Assembly: GCA_013265495.1 (NCBI GenBank)
Contig: MU061579.1
Location: forward strand, 7,106,124 to 7,170,123
Direction: 5' to 3'
Length of the DNA stretch: 64,000 bases
Source: Vicugna vicugna
Lineage: Eukaryota
Part shown: positions 1 through 11,884 of the stretch, in pieces
Position numbering within the stretch: the first letter of the stretch is position 1
How the letters are laid out: every line of letters begins with the position of its first letter
Position numbers and translations under genes: made by a program
Notes under the pieces: model-generated
What the model was told of the DNA's origin: nothing
The model's input: the letters and a program-made list of their open reading frames with translations, nothing else
Databases searched by the model: none

Positions 1-97
1 ATGGCCTAGAAATGTGAATCTGTGATTAAAATGGTACCATTTAATTCTACAATTGAGTGGGTCTCACAGTCTCATCACCACTGTTTCTCACTGAAAT

Positions 98-300
98 ACC
101 TAACATTTACTAAATATTTCCTGTGGTCCAGGCACTGCTCAAAGTACTTTATTCAAAGTACTAATTAGTTCTCCCAAGGAGACTTGGAGATTGGTACTGT
201 AATTAAGGCCATTTTATAGATGAGAGCCCTGAGGCTTACAGAGGTTATATAATGAATCTAGGGTCAGACAGTGGAGCAGGGACAGGCTTCAAAGCCCATA
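98..300 (-). mobile_element. MIR SINE fragment
   Basis: MIR core-like attttatagatgag...gaggcttacagaggtt. Confidence 0.6.
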
Positions 301-1467
301 TTCTTTACCACAATGTTACGGCCTCCAGAAAGAATATCGTGCCTGAGGGTCAGCTTTATCTTTATATACAGAGAGATTTTTATGTATTTTACAAATATTT
401 ATTTGTGGCTAAATAGGATTATATATTTTTTAATTCATTATATGTAACAATGTCTACACCAAAAAGGTTTTGACAGAAATTTATATTAAAAGAAAGAACT
501 AGTTATTGTTTGGGGCTTTTTTTTTTAACATGAAATGAGGCCAAAAAAAAAAAATTAATGGCCAAGAAATAAGGGGCTAGGGAGAGTCAACTGTATCAGA
601 AAAGCATTGCAAGACAAGCTGCTGGACTTGAACAGAAAACTTAGCTCTGGGGTTCCTGGCTGCTGTGACCAAAAGAGGAACATAGCACATTTCACATCTT
701 TCATCACTTGATAAAAAAGAATCAAGACAGTTCGTGGAGAAAGATACAAATTTTATAATATTGAATTGTGAAAGGAACCCAGCCGATGTCTTTTTTTTTT
801 TTTAATGACAGCTTGTGTCTTCAATTGCATTTTCAAGACAAAGCAGAAGATGTACACATATGAAGGTCAATGAGATGTTTGTCTTTGTAATTTTCCCACA
901 CAACCCTCCTCAGACAGTTTTTCTCACAGGCAGGGCCAATCACATTTTCATTAAATGGGTGGCTCAGGCCTTAGGACTCACTTTTTAAGCCTCTAGCTGT
1001 CATCTGACTCCAGGAAAACAGTAGGAGACCTGGACTCACCCAACATGAACTCCTTACACCAGATTCTTTTTTTTTTTTTTTAATTCCAAAGTCTTGGTTA
1101 ACATAAGTGTTTTAAAATCAATGTCTGTTTATTGTTGCTTTCAAATGTACTCATTTCATGAGATGTAAATCTTAGAGTTAATATTTTTGAACTAAAATGA
1201 TGAAAGATTTCCCTTTTAGATCACTGATTTGAAGAATCTATTATTTAATTGTGGTGGCTAAGTATTTCCCTTCTGCCTAAGCTTACAATAGCTCTCCTCG
1301 CTCCTCCAATTCTGCCTATTGTGAGTATGAAGTGAATTTCTGACTCAGTCCTTCAGGTTGGTAAGGTAGCTTGCCTTTTCATCCTCTTTCTCCAGAATAA
1401 ACTCAATTCCTTTATCCTTTCTGTAAAGTCCTGTCTCCATGCTTTTACTCAGGATTGTAATTTTACT

Positions 1468-1640
1468 GCTGCTGCTCCAAGTATGGTCCCATACCAGCTG
1501 TAACTGTATCACTGGGGGCTGCTTGGAGATACAGATCCTATGGTCTCACCCCAGACCAACAGAATCAAAACTAGGGTGGGGCCCAGCCTTACTGTGTTTG
1601 AACAAGCCCTCAGGTGATTCAGATGCTTAAATTCAGCACC
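1468..1640. mobile_element. MER5A-like hAT-Charlie MITE
   Basis: caagtatggtccc...cccagaccaacagaatcaaaact...aacaagccctcaggtgattc resembles MER5A. Confidence 0.75.
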
Positions 1641-1781
1641 ACGGCCCCAGGCTTTCCTTTCTCAAGCTTTTTTTTTTTCCTCCCCGTTTTCTTAATCAGT
1701 AAACAGCAGGTAACTGGAGCTAAGCCAGATTGCAGACTGAATCCCCTTGTCAAAACTTGAAAGCTTCAGCAACCTTGGAAA

Positions 1782-2288
1782 TGTAAATGAAAAATGTCGC
1801 CTGACATATCAGTAAACAAAGGATGTTGCAGCCATCCGGCCACTGCAACCATTCCAACTGTGAGCCCTCAGGGAACTCAGGATGGAGCTGCCAAGCCCTC
1901 AGTCACTGCAGCCGCCCCCAGTGGTGCACGCTCAGGGTTCTCAGGATGGGAAAGAACAGGATATTGGGGCAGGAGGCTAGGTGCATATCAAAGGAACAAT
2001 ATCAGGGAGCCCAGATTCTTACATCTTCCCATATACAGAAAAGTGCTAAATTCCTTAACCTGAGATATCCGGTTTTCTTTATTTAAGAGTCATCTTTTGA
2101 TGGTCTAACTACCTGGTCTTTGCTGCAAAAACCCCCCATAGATCCTGGCTCCTCCCTTACCTCTTTGGAGCAGCCCCTCACATCTACCTGATAAACTGCC
2201 TCTTGGGCTTGAAGTCCTGAGAAAGTCTGCCAAATAGAACATAATTCTCAGCTTTCAGGCTGTGCCTTTTTTTTTTCCCCAGTCAACA
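1782..2288 (+). mobile_element. Solo ERV1-class LTR (507 bp) with 4-bp target site duplication (TSD) GAAA
   Basis: TGT...ACA termini and GAAA at 1778-1781 and 2289-2292. The 3' end (cataattctcagctttcaggctgtgcc...agtcaaca) resembles laurasiatherian ERV1 LTRs. Confidence 0.8.
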
Positions 2289-2333
2289 GAAATCAACTGA
2301 GTCTCAACAGATACACGTGGGTAAATTGCTTCT

Positions 2334-2505
2334 CTTTTTTTCTGTTTTTTAAATAGAAATATAGTCAGTTTACAATGTTGTGTTAGTTTCTGGTGTACAG
2401 CATAGTGATTCAGTTATACATACAGACATACCGACACATATGTATTCCTTTTTCATATTCTTTTTCATTATGGACTATCACAAGGTATTGAATATAGTTC
2501 CCTGC
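2334..2505 (-). mobile_element. 5'-truncated L1 3' end with 14-bp TSD
   Basis: Poly-T, then tagtcagtttacaatgttgtgttagtttctggtgtacagc. GGTAAATTGCTTCT at 2320-2333 and 2506-2519, followed by a TTTT/AA site. Confidence 0.88.
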
Positions 2506-4584
2506 GGTAAATTGCTTCTTTTAAAATCCCTTCTCATTAGTTTGGTTTTCCATTCACTCTAAGACTCCTGGTGTTAGTTTCCAAATGTTCTGTTCTGTCC
2601 TATATATCTAAAGTAATGAAGAAGCACAAAGCTAACAGCTCAGTTTCCCCCAGCAATCCTTCCAGTGGGAAAATAAAGAAAAATTACCTTCCCGAATTGT
2701 GTTTCGGGGCCCCAGGCTTTCTGTGCAGCACATATTTTTCCATTTGCCTCTGGCTGTTAACCAAACTGCATGGAGAGGAGTGGCCCAGCCTTAGTCAGAA
2801 AGGGGGAGTGATGGCGTGTATTTCCCCTTCTCAAGAGGCAGAGTTCCTAGTCATCATCCATGCGCTTAGAAGGGCCATTTTAAAAATAAAAATAGCCTTG
2901 ATTCTTGCCAAGGTTTAGAAAGCCAACTCAAAATTCTCAGAGACTTCATTTCAACTTTGTGACTAATTGCCTTGTGTACTGCTCTTGACAAGTGGCTGAC
3001 AAATGGGTGTTTTATGGATGCCATGATGGAGAGATGGAGTGTTTTGCTTCATTGTGACTATGAGTGCATTATAAGCGAAACGCAGAGTGCATACATTTTA
3101 ATCTCAATGAATTTCGTTTCTTGAAATGAGGCTTGGAAAATCGAGATAGCCTTTCCCTAAAGAACAATGATTTTTTATATATATATAGTTATGGTTCCTA
3201 CAGTTATACTTAAAAGTGAACTTAAACAGGATTTGCTTGGCAAGGAGCATTAAGGATTCGGTGACCTGTGCTATTATTAATTGATGTTGTGTAGTCATTT
3301 TGTACAAAGCACTGATATTTGCCAAGCAGAGCAAGTGAGACTAACACTCAATTTTTTAAATATATATAAATAAGTATCAATAAATCACTCGTTATATGAG
3401 GGACCACAACTGCTGGAAGAGCCCACTATGTATATTTCATGTTAATAGCTCCTTTTCACTCAGCCAATCACAAAACTTATCTGCTGTCTCTCCTCCTTGG
3501 CAAGAGATCTCCTTTGCCTCCTCACTGAGAAACAGAGCTCATCCACCATAAACCCCTGACCACCCCTACTCATCTCCACCTCAAAATATCTCCTTACCTC
3601 CATGTGGCCCACTTTGCTCAGGATCTTCTCTGCCAGCGACCCTTCTTTCTTCAATCCCTCCCTGTCTACTAGTATCTCTACGTGGCTTACAAACTCACAG
3701 AGTCTCTCCCATCCGCCATTCTCATTCTATTACTTTGGACACCAAGCAGGTTCAGACTCTCGTTTTCTCCCACTTGGACTCTTAACTAGTCCCTCCAGCT
3801 GCAGCCTTTTTCTTCTCGGCATTTTACACCTGTTTACAATGTAACAGAATTACCTTGTTAAAAGACCTATGTGACTTTGTTGGTCCCCTACTCAAAAACC
3901 CAGTGGTATCCAAAAAGAATTAGAAAAAATATTCTTAATGTGAATCTCAAAGTCCTCCACAATCCACCTCAAGGCTCTGCTTTCCTTTTCAGTCTGGCTT
4001 CTACACACTTCTCTTTCCAGCTTGTAAGACTGCCTACCATTCCTTGAGCATCACTGCCCACCTTCAGATCTCTTGCCATTTCCCCATCTGCAGTGTCTTT
4101 TTTTGCTTATTGAAGTTCTTGTCCACAGTGTGCTTCCAGGTCAAATCAATGGCACCCACCTCTGGGTACCCGTTTTACACTTTTATTACAACACTGCTTT
4201 CCATGGTGGCTAGTTGTGCCTGAGATAAGGGACAATGTCTTTTTCATTTTTAAAAATCCTTCCCAGTGAAAAATATGGTAATTTACCAAAATTAGATGTT
4301 TATGCGCTGAATTAACCAAATGGATAATCCCAGAGGTATTACAGGGAAGAAAAGAATGTTAGCTCTTTTTTATAAGACATTTTCTTCTTCTGTAATATTA
4401 CTTAAATGATTTCTTGATGGATGAAAGTTCTCAATCCAAGTAATTAACCCCCTGGGAGAGAAGATTAGGCTGTTCACTTCTTCCTAGTCTTTCCACAGAA
4501 TCACCAAGAACCAAGTTTACTGAAAGAAAAAGCACAAGGAAGCTTGCTAAGCCCACAGCACACCACTTCTGAGAGCTGCCATCT

Positions 4585-4880
4585 GTTCACCCAACAGTAT
4601 TTACTGAACCTTTATTATGTACCAGGCACTCTTCTAGGCGTGAGAATATGGTCATAAACAAGACAGGTGAGGACCCTGCTTCCTTGGAGCTTGTAATAGA
4701 GGAGGAAACAGATAATGAACAAGAAAATAAATGAATTTTTTAAAGATCTTTTTAGCTAGTGATAAAATATAATTAGAAACAGTATCGCAAGGTATTGTAA
4801 TAGGTATTTGAATGGCTAATTTAGCTCAAAGGTCTAACTGAGGAGGTGACATCTGAACTGATGTCTGAATTTAGGATGAC
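4585..4880 (-). mobile_element. L2 LINE fragment
   Basis: caacagtatttactgaacc...gtaccaggcactcttctagg...ccctgcttccttggagctt resembles the L2 3' end in reverse. Confidence 0.7.
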
Positions 4881-5298
4881 TGAATCAGTCACACATGCAA
4901 AATCCAGGGACATCAAAAAAAAACTACCCAACTATAAGCCAGGACTTTAGTGGGCCTATTCCAAGGGGAAGCAAACTCCTCAAAGTTATCCATTTTCCCC
5001 AGGGGAGATGACTTCTCCAAGGTTGAGGTCACTTTAGACCCAATTCAAAGTTCAAATTCTCTCTAAGGCAAAGCTAAAATGTATAGATCATCTTTGATAC
5101 ACTATAGAAGTTACTTTCTACTTGTTTTTCTAACACACACACCGAGGATGGGGTTCACATTTGTGAAACATTCCTGTGGGCAGACCCAGGTATTCTTATG
5201 CCTGTAGCATAAAAGAGAGAAGTTTCAGGTCATGGGCCACTTGTGGAACTCTGCCTCAGAGATGTATATCACAATGAATGTAAGGATGTCCCTGTTAG

Positions 5299-5546
5299 GA
5301 GAACAAACTAGCAGTTGCCAGAGAGGAGGGGCAAGAGGGTGATGGGTGAAACGGGTGAAGAGGATTAAGAGATACAAACTACCAGTTATAAAATATATAA
5401 GTCACAGAAATGTAATGTACAGCACGAGGAATAGAGTCAATGACATTGTAATATGTGGTGTGTAATGTACTAAAGTATCAAATCACTACACTGTACTCCT
5501 GAAACTAACGTAACATTGTAAGTCGACTAGGCTTCAATTTGAAAAA
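5299..5546 (+). mobile_element. L1 (L1MA-like) 3' end with 17-bp TSD (2 mismatches)
   Basis: L1 3'UTR motifs plus an A tail. AAGGATGTCCCTGTTAG at 5282-5298 and AAGAATGTCACTGTTAG at 5547-5563. Confidence 0.85.
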
Positions 5547-6689
5547 AAGAATGTCACTGTTAGTAGCCCTAATAATTTTTCATTCACAAACGTTAACAGT
5601 TCCTTTTTCAGTAACTTTTGACATCTAGTGTCTGACCAAATCATGATAATCAGAAGCCTGTAGAATTAGGTCCTCACTTGAACCACCCATTTTTAAAAAA
5701 CATTACCTACCATCGACTGCTGGCTCTTTTTTTTTTTTTTATGTGGATCCCTCTGGTGCCTTCTCTGGGTTGATAAGGGTCTAGCACAGTCTTGGTGATT
5801 AACTTCTGACCTCCCTGATAGAAAGAGGAGTGGGGAACAGACTGCTGGCTCTTAACGTGCACTCTGTCCCAGTCACGCTCCAGAGCACAGCGGACAGGAC
5901 TATGAACTTGATGTTCTGGAAACTTGAGCTCAGATCCTTGTTCTGCCATACACTTGCTACAGACATTCTCAGCCTGGGGAATAATAAGACCTAACTCATA
6001 ACTTCATAGTAAGTGATATTACTACTGATAGAAATAAAAGCTTTGCTGTTATTATTGCCAGGCTTCTAGTTGCCTCTTAAAAGCACCCTTCTCATTCACA
6101 ACAGCAAGCATTACAGGAGGAAGCTGCTAACTCCATCTGGAAGGTCCTTTCCCACCCTTCCCCTCAATTTGTCCATTTAAATTCTTTTTAACCATCAGGG
6201 GCCAATTCAAGTTTTGCTTCCTTCTTCAACTACACTCAATCTTCTAGTTATTTCCATCTTCTCAGTGGTCTGTGAGCCCCAACTGACACTCCCAGGCTCT
6301 TGGTCCCCTCAAGTCGGCTTGCCTGTCCCATGTCCCATCGCATCCAGCCTGTAACCTCAGAAAGGGCAAGAATCTTGCCCTTCATTTATTACACCTTCCC
6401 CTTCACTTAAGTGATAAATAAATGAATGAATTCCTATACTCAGTGTAAAGTCTTCCCCTGTGACTCTAGTTCACGTCAATGGCACTCACTTCTACGAATC
6501 CATTTTATACTTTTTTTTTTAACAGCACCATCTTGCATCGCAATTGGTTCCATATGCCTGAGATCAGGGGCACTTGTATTTAGGCAACCAAATGATAAGA
6601 ATGAAGGAATCTTGTGGAGAGTGAGTTTAGAACCATGTAGAAGAGGGTTTTCTTTGAAGGATTACACATTTTTGAAAATGTGAGTTGCA

Positions 6690-6990
6690 GTCTAATAGTG
6701 GATCAGGAAATCATTCTAATCTAGTGGATTACCACCAGAAATTTTCAGTGGAATAGAACTGAAGAGAACAAAAAAATAAAGGCATCAAGGTGGATTGCAG
6801 GTAATACAGTTAACAATTATTGGTGAAACACTGGACCCACTCCCAGAATGTCTGATTCCATAGGTCTGGGGTAAAGACAGAGATTTTCCATTTCTAAGAA
6901 GTGTGTGCATGTTTGTGTTTCAACAAGATCACAATGTAAAATAGGCTTCTTACTGTAGATCACTGTCAAAGTTTGAGAAACATTGCTCTA
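6690..6990. mobile_element. Old hAT-Charlie type DNA transposon remnants, including a MER5-like piece (~6830-6900)
   Basis: cccactcccagaatgtctgattccataggtctggg and a gtttgagaaacattg terminus. Confidence 0.5.
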
Positions 6991-7758
6991 TCTCATAGGT
7001 TAAAGAATCAGGTCAAAGAGACACATTTTTATAATTTCACCCAAAGTACTCTGACATACATTATCTCAGAATGTTTTAAAATCCTTGTCAGGCAGATAGG
7101 ATTATTATATGATAAAGAATATTACTGTCATCATAGAATAAAGTGGGGGCGAGGCATTTAAACACAAATCTGGTGAAAAGATCTTGGTTGAGCAGCCTGT
7201 TTGGCTTACCACAGGCACCCAGGCAGACAGCAATTGATTCAAAGCCAGAACCCAGTTTCAAAACAGTTAAATTGTAATTTCTTCACTAATGAAATGAGTG
7301 CTTCCTAAGCAAATGCAAGTCATGTAAATCAAGAGTCTATTATCAAAAAATTCTAGAAAAAAATTTTAAATTTGTTATCAAAGAATCATGTTAATTCACA
7401 CTACTTTTATTTATTTTTACTTATTTATTTTTTAAATTCACGCTACTTTTAAACTGTAACTATGCCATGGAGGCTGTCATGGTCTCACATAAGCAACAAC
7501 AAAAAATGGCTGCAAATGATTAATTAACGCAGAGTGTATGATATTAGACATCCTCATCTCATGATCCCAAAGGAAATAGTAAGTCTAGACAACAAATCGG
7601 CAGTGGTTGGTAAAACCATTCCGAAGAACAGGTGGATGCCCCCCGAGCACTGGGCTGTCTCAGCAGCGCTAACATCAGGTCAGAGATTACATGCCCCAGG
7701 ATACGATGCGGTAGGAAAGCTCAACATCATCTGTGAAGTATTGTTGCCTAAAAAAAAG

Positions 7759-7792
<34 letters not shown>

Positions 7793-7794
7793 CA
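7759..7794 (+). repeat. (CA)13 CG (CA)4 microsatellite
   Basis: Read directly. Confidence 0.95.
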
Positions 7795-7904
7795 AACTGA
7801 ACCTGAATGTAATCAAGACTCTAAATCTAATTGCTAGTTTATAGGAAATCCAATTGGAGAAGTGAACTGGAAACAGAAGGTGGCATTCAGCCTTCCAGGA
7901 TGTG

Positions 7905-8087
7905 AGCTAGTCAGTAAGAGCCACGCAGGTGAGATCCTGGAGGGCTTGTTAAAACACAGCTCTCTGGGCTGCATTCCCAGTGTCTGCTTCAGTAGGACTA
8001 GTGGGGCCTGAGAAGAAATTTGTATTTCTCGCATGTTCCCAGGAGATGCTGAAGCTGCGGGTCCACACTTTGAAAACTACTGGTCTA
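7905..8087. mobile_element. MER5A MITE nested in old L1-like sequence
   Basis: cctggagggcttgttaaaacacag...ccacactttgaaaactactg. Confidence 0.8.
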
Positions 8088-8346
8088 TAGGACAAACCAC
8101 CCATCAGTGACATAAGAGAGGACCAGTATGTTACAGAAGAAAATAGGTTTAAAAGGCAGACAAACCCCAATGCAATATATAACTTTATCTGGATCTTGAT
8201 TTTAAAAAGCTGCAACCACACAAAAAAACATTTTTTTGAAACTGGTGAAATCTAAATATGGACTGAAGGTAGACTTAAGTTGATAAATTATACGATTCTT
8301 TTGAGCATAATAATAGCATGATGATTACATTAAAAGCTTTTTTTTA

Positions 8347-8675
8347 GAGGAGAGCTTGCCAAGATAAAGTGGAAGGAAAAGTAGCTCACCCTCTCCCACA
8401 TCAAATGAATACATACAGAACCATTCTCACAGAATACTTACTGAACTTTGGCAGAATATCTCTTACAATCAGAAATACAAGGAAAATCCTCACAAAACCA
8501 GATAAACAACAAGTTCATACTGTATGCACAGGGAGCTATTTCAATATCTCATAGCAACCTATAATGAAAAAGAATATGAAACCAAATATATGTATGTATA
8601 TGTATGACTGAAACGTGCTGTACACCAGAAATTGACACAACACTGGAAATTGACTATACTTCAATTTAAAAAAAA
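8347..8675 (+). mobile_element. Short L1-derived element: L1 5'UTR-like start joined to an L1 3' end with A tail
   Basis: First ~150 nt resemble the artiodactyl L1 5'UTR (gctcaccctctcccaca...attctcacagaatacttactgaac). From ~8500, agataaacaacaag...gtgctgtacaccagaaattgacacaacac...caatttaaaaaaa is an L1 3'UTR. Confidence 0.6.
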
Positions 8676-9658
8676 TTTTTAAGGTTAAAGGTACATGCTG
8701 AATTTTTTTGGTCTTGTTTTTGTTTTATTTGTTTGATAAAATGACAGGATTCCTACAGACAGATGAAATAAGATTATCAAAATATTGATTATTGTTGAAA
8801 CTTGATCATAGGTGTCTGGGGACTTGTTACATTAGTTTCTCTAATTTGGGTATTGTTTTAAAGTTTTCATGATGAGTTTTTTTTTTCTTTTTTTCTTTAA
8901 TGACCATTGCCTACACTAGACATCTCTACATTATAGAGAATTGCATTCTCCTTATCTGGATATTAGCCTTCCAGTGGCCTCAACACTTCAAAAAATAAAA
9001 CCTGACACTGGAAATAAAGATAAATTGCCCTTTGTGCTCCAGAAGTAGCTGTGATGAAACTCTACTAAAGCCATGAAAAACCTTTAGATATTATTCAGAC
9101 TTTCTGAACATACAGTTCTAAAAGGGTTGGTTGGTCTGGTTTCTAGTAAAGGAAGACTGTCAAAAATAGGTATAGTGACAGCTGGAAAAGTAACAGCTCA
9201 CAGCCTGACATTCCTAGAGCAGAAGAGAAATGTACAAACAAGTTGAATCAACACATTACACAGCGATAGATCACTGACTAATTCATCAATAATGAATCAT
9301 GAACTTCTTTTAATCCATTACCATTCTAATTCCCTTACTTACATTGTTAACGCTCTTAATCCACATAAAAACCCACTGAGATTGGCACTGTGGAAAGCTG
9401 CAGTTCACAGATATAGAAACTGGAGCACAGAGAGGTTAGGTAACATACCTAAGATCACAGAGCGGATGGCCTGTGCTCTTAACCACTTTCATTGCCACCT
9501 CATCCATAAAAGTTAAACAGAAGACAATGGGGTGAAGTTTAAGACATTATCTATGTGAAATGAAAGTATTAAAGACAGACATTTTTTCTACTGAAATTTA
9601 TTTAAAGAGTTTTAAAGATGGCTAAAGGGATAAACTGTCTAATTGGAAGTCTCTTTCT

Positions 9659-9919
9659 TTAAATTTTTTTTAATTGAGGTATAGTCAGTTTACAATGTTG
9701 TGTCAATTTCTGGTGTATAGCCCAATTCTTCAGTCATACATTATATACATATATTCATTTTCATATTCTTTTTCACCATAAGCTACTACTAGATATTGAA
9801 TGTATCTCCCTGTGCTATGCATTATAAACTTGCTTATCTATTTTATACATACCAGTCAGTATCTGCAAATCTCAAACTCCCAGTTTACCCTTCCCACCCC
9901 ACCCCCCAGACCCGCCCCA
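9659..9919 (-). mobile_element. L1 3' end (lineage-specific type) with near-perfect TSD
   Basis: ttaattgaggtatagtcagtttacaatgttgtgtcaatttctggtg; flanked by GAAGTCTCTTTCT (9646-9658) and GAAGTCTTTCT (9920-9930). Confidence 0.85.
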
Positions 9920-9944
9920 GAAGTCTTTCTGAAGAAAGTATGTT

Positions 9945-10125
9945 ATGGTAGAAAGATCATGACTATGGAGTTAGAGGTACCTGGGCTCAGAGTTGGGCTC
10001 CATCTTTAATCAGCTGTGGGATCTTAGGCAAGTTACTTGACCTCTCTGATTCTTGGATTTCTCAGCTTTGAAGTGGAAGCAGTAATGCACAACATTCTCA
10101 TGAGGATCAAATGAGTTAATGGCTT
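9945..10125 (+). mobile_element. MIR SINE
   Basis: cagctgtgggatcttaggcaagttacttgacctctctg...gaggatcaaatgagttaat. Confidence 0.75.
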
Positions 10126-10654
10126 ATAATTAGTTCATATTCCACCCCTCATATGGGAAAACCAGTGGTGCTGGATAAATGAGCTGTTACTTTATAATAG
10201 GCACAAATCACTGCAATTACTAGAAGATGAATCCTAGAATGATCCTAAATAAACTGTCCTTCTCCCAGAATTCAGACAGAGATGAGAGGATGGAGGGCCC
10301 CTTCAAAAGATGGTTACATGAAAAGCCTACAGAAATTTCTTATCCCCAGAGCATACCTGAAATCCCCCCAGAACTCTTCTGGGGGAATTCAAGGGATTCT
10401 GAGCACCCCAGAGGGTGGAAGCAAAGTCAGCTAAGTCCTATTTTGTGGCCTTGATTTTGGCCAGTTTATCACCAACTGCTAGAGCCTAGGAAATACAGAT
10501 GACAAACACTTCCGTGTGTAACTCAATATTTTCAATCAGGAAAGAAAGGTAATATTCAAATATTCCTTTTAATTAAAACCATTTAAATGTATTTTAGAAT
10601 ACTGTGTCAATTTACTACCATCTAAGGAGGATATTATGCAAGATATTAAGAGGA

Positions 10655-11220
10655 ATTTTTTTAATTGAAGTGTAGTTGATTTACAATATTGTGTTAGTTT
10701 CGTATGTACAGCATAGTGATTCAGGGTTTTTTCCCGCAGATTATATTCCATTTTAGGTCATTACAAGATCTTGGATATAATTCCCTGTGCTATACAGTAA
10801 ATCCTTGTTGCTCATTTATTTTATGTATGGTAGTTTGTGTCTGCTAATCCCATAGTCCTAATTTGTCCCTCTCTCCTTTCTAACCATAAATTTGCTTTCT
10901 CTCTGAGTCTGTTTCTGTTTTGTATATAGATTCATTTGTATTTTTTTTAGATTACACATATAAGTGATATCATATAGTATTTATCTTTATATGACTTATT
11001 TCACTAAGCGTAATATTTTCTAGGTCTATCCATGTTGCTGCATTGGCATTTTCATTCTTTTTTATGGCTGAGAAATATTCCATTGTGTGTGGCATGGACC
11101 ATACCTTCTTCGGTCAATCGTCTACTGAAAGGCACTTGAGTTGTTTCCATGTCTTGGCTATTGTAAATAGTGCTGCTATGAACACTGGGGTGCATTTATC
11201 TTTTCAGATTAGAGTTTTTA
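10655..11220 (-). mobile_element. L1 3' region fragment
   Basis: ttaattgaagtgtagttgatttacaatatt...gtttccatgtcttggctattgtaaatagtgctgctatgaac. Confidence 0.88.
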
Positions 11221-11555
11221 GAAGGACCTGTAATTGTGAAATTCCAATTACAGATTTGGCATATACTGAAGGGGACACTTGCAAGTCGCAGTAGGTTTTC
11301 ATGAGCCCAGGTCTTGTCAATGGGTACCCACTAATAACGCTGTTGCCATTAAGACAGCACTCAGCAAGCCAGCTTTCTTCTGTTCACTTCTCAGGCCCAC
11401 AGTACACATGCCGGGCTTCCTTCTAGGCGTGTCTGCTCTGTCTCAGTTCAAAAGAAGAAATTTTCTTGTAACTTTGAACCAGCAGTATACACATGGGCAA
11501 TTCAGCGTTTTTGTAAGGCTTTCAAAGCAGGGCTGACAGACCTCCGCAGGATCTG

Positions 11556-11579
11556 CACACACACACACACACACACACA
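11556..11579 (+). repeat. (CA)12 microsatellite
   Basis: Read directly. Confidence 0.95.
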
Positions 11580-11884
11580 GGCAGTTTTGCAAGAACCCTT
11601 AGATACACTGACCAGGGCTGACCCCTGCAAGGCAGCAGGAGGAGCAGTGAGAGCCTGCTGTGGGCCAGGCATTGTGCGATGTGTCCAAGCCAGGATAAGG
11701 ACCCGGCCAGCTGAACAGCGGCTGTGAGAATTAGTCTTCATGGGCACTGAAACATGACTGGAATCCACATTTTTAAGTATGGAGTTAGATATTAGGTCTG
11801 AGAATGGAACTTTTTATTTATTAAATATAAATTGACGCCATTTCCACTGACATAATGCTCTCAATATTTACTAACTTGGTGGGA

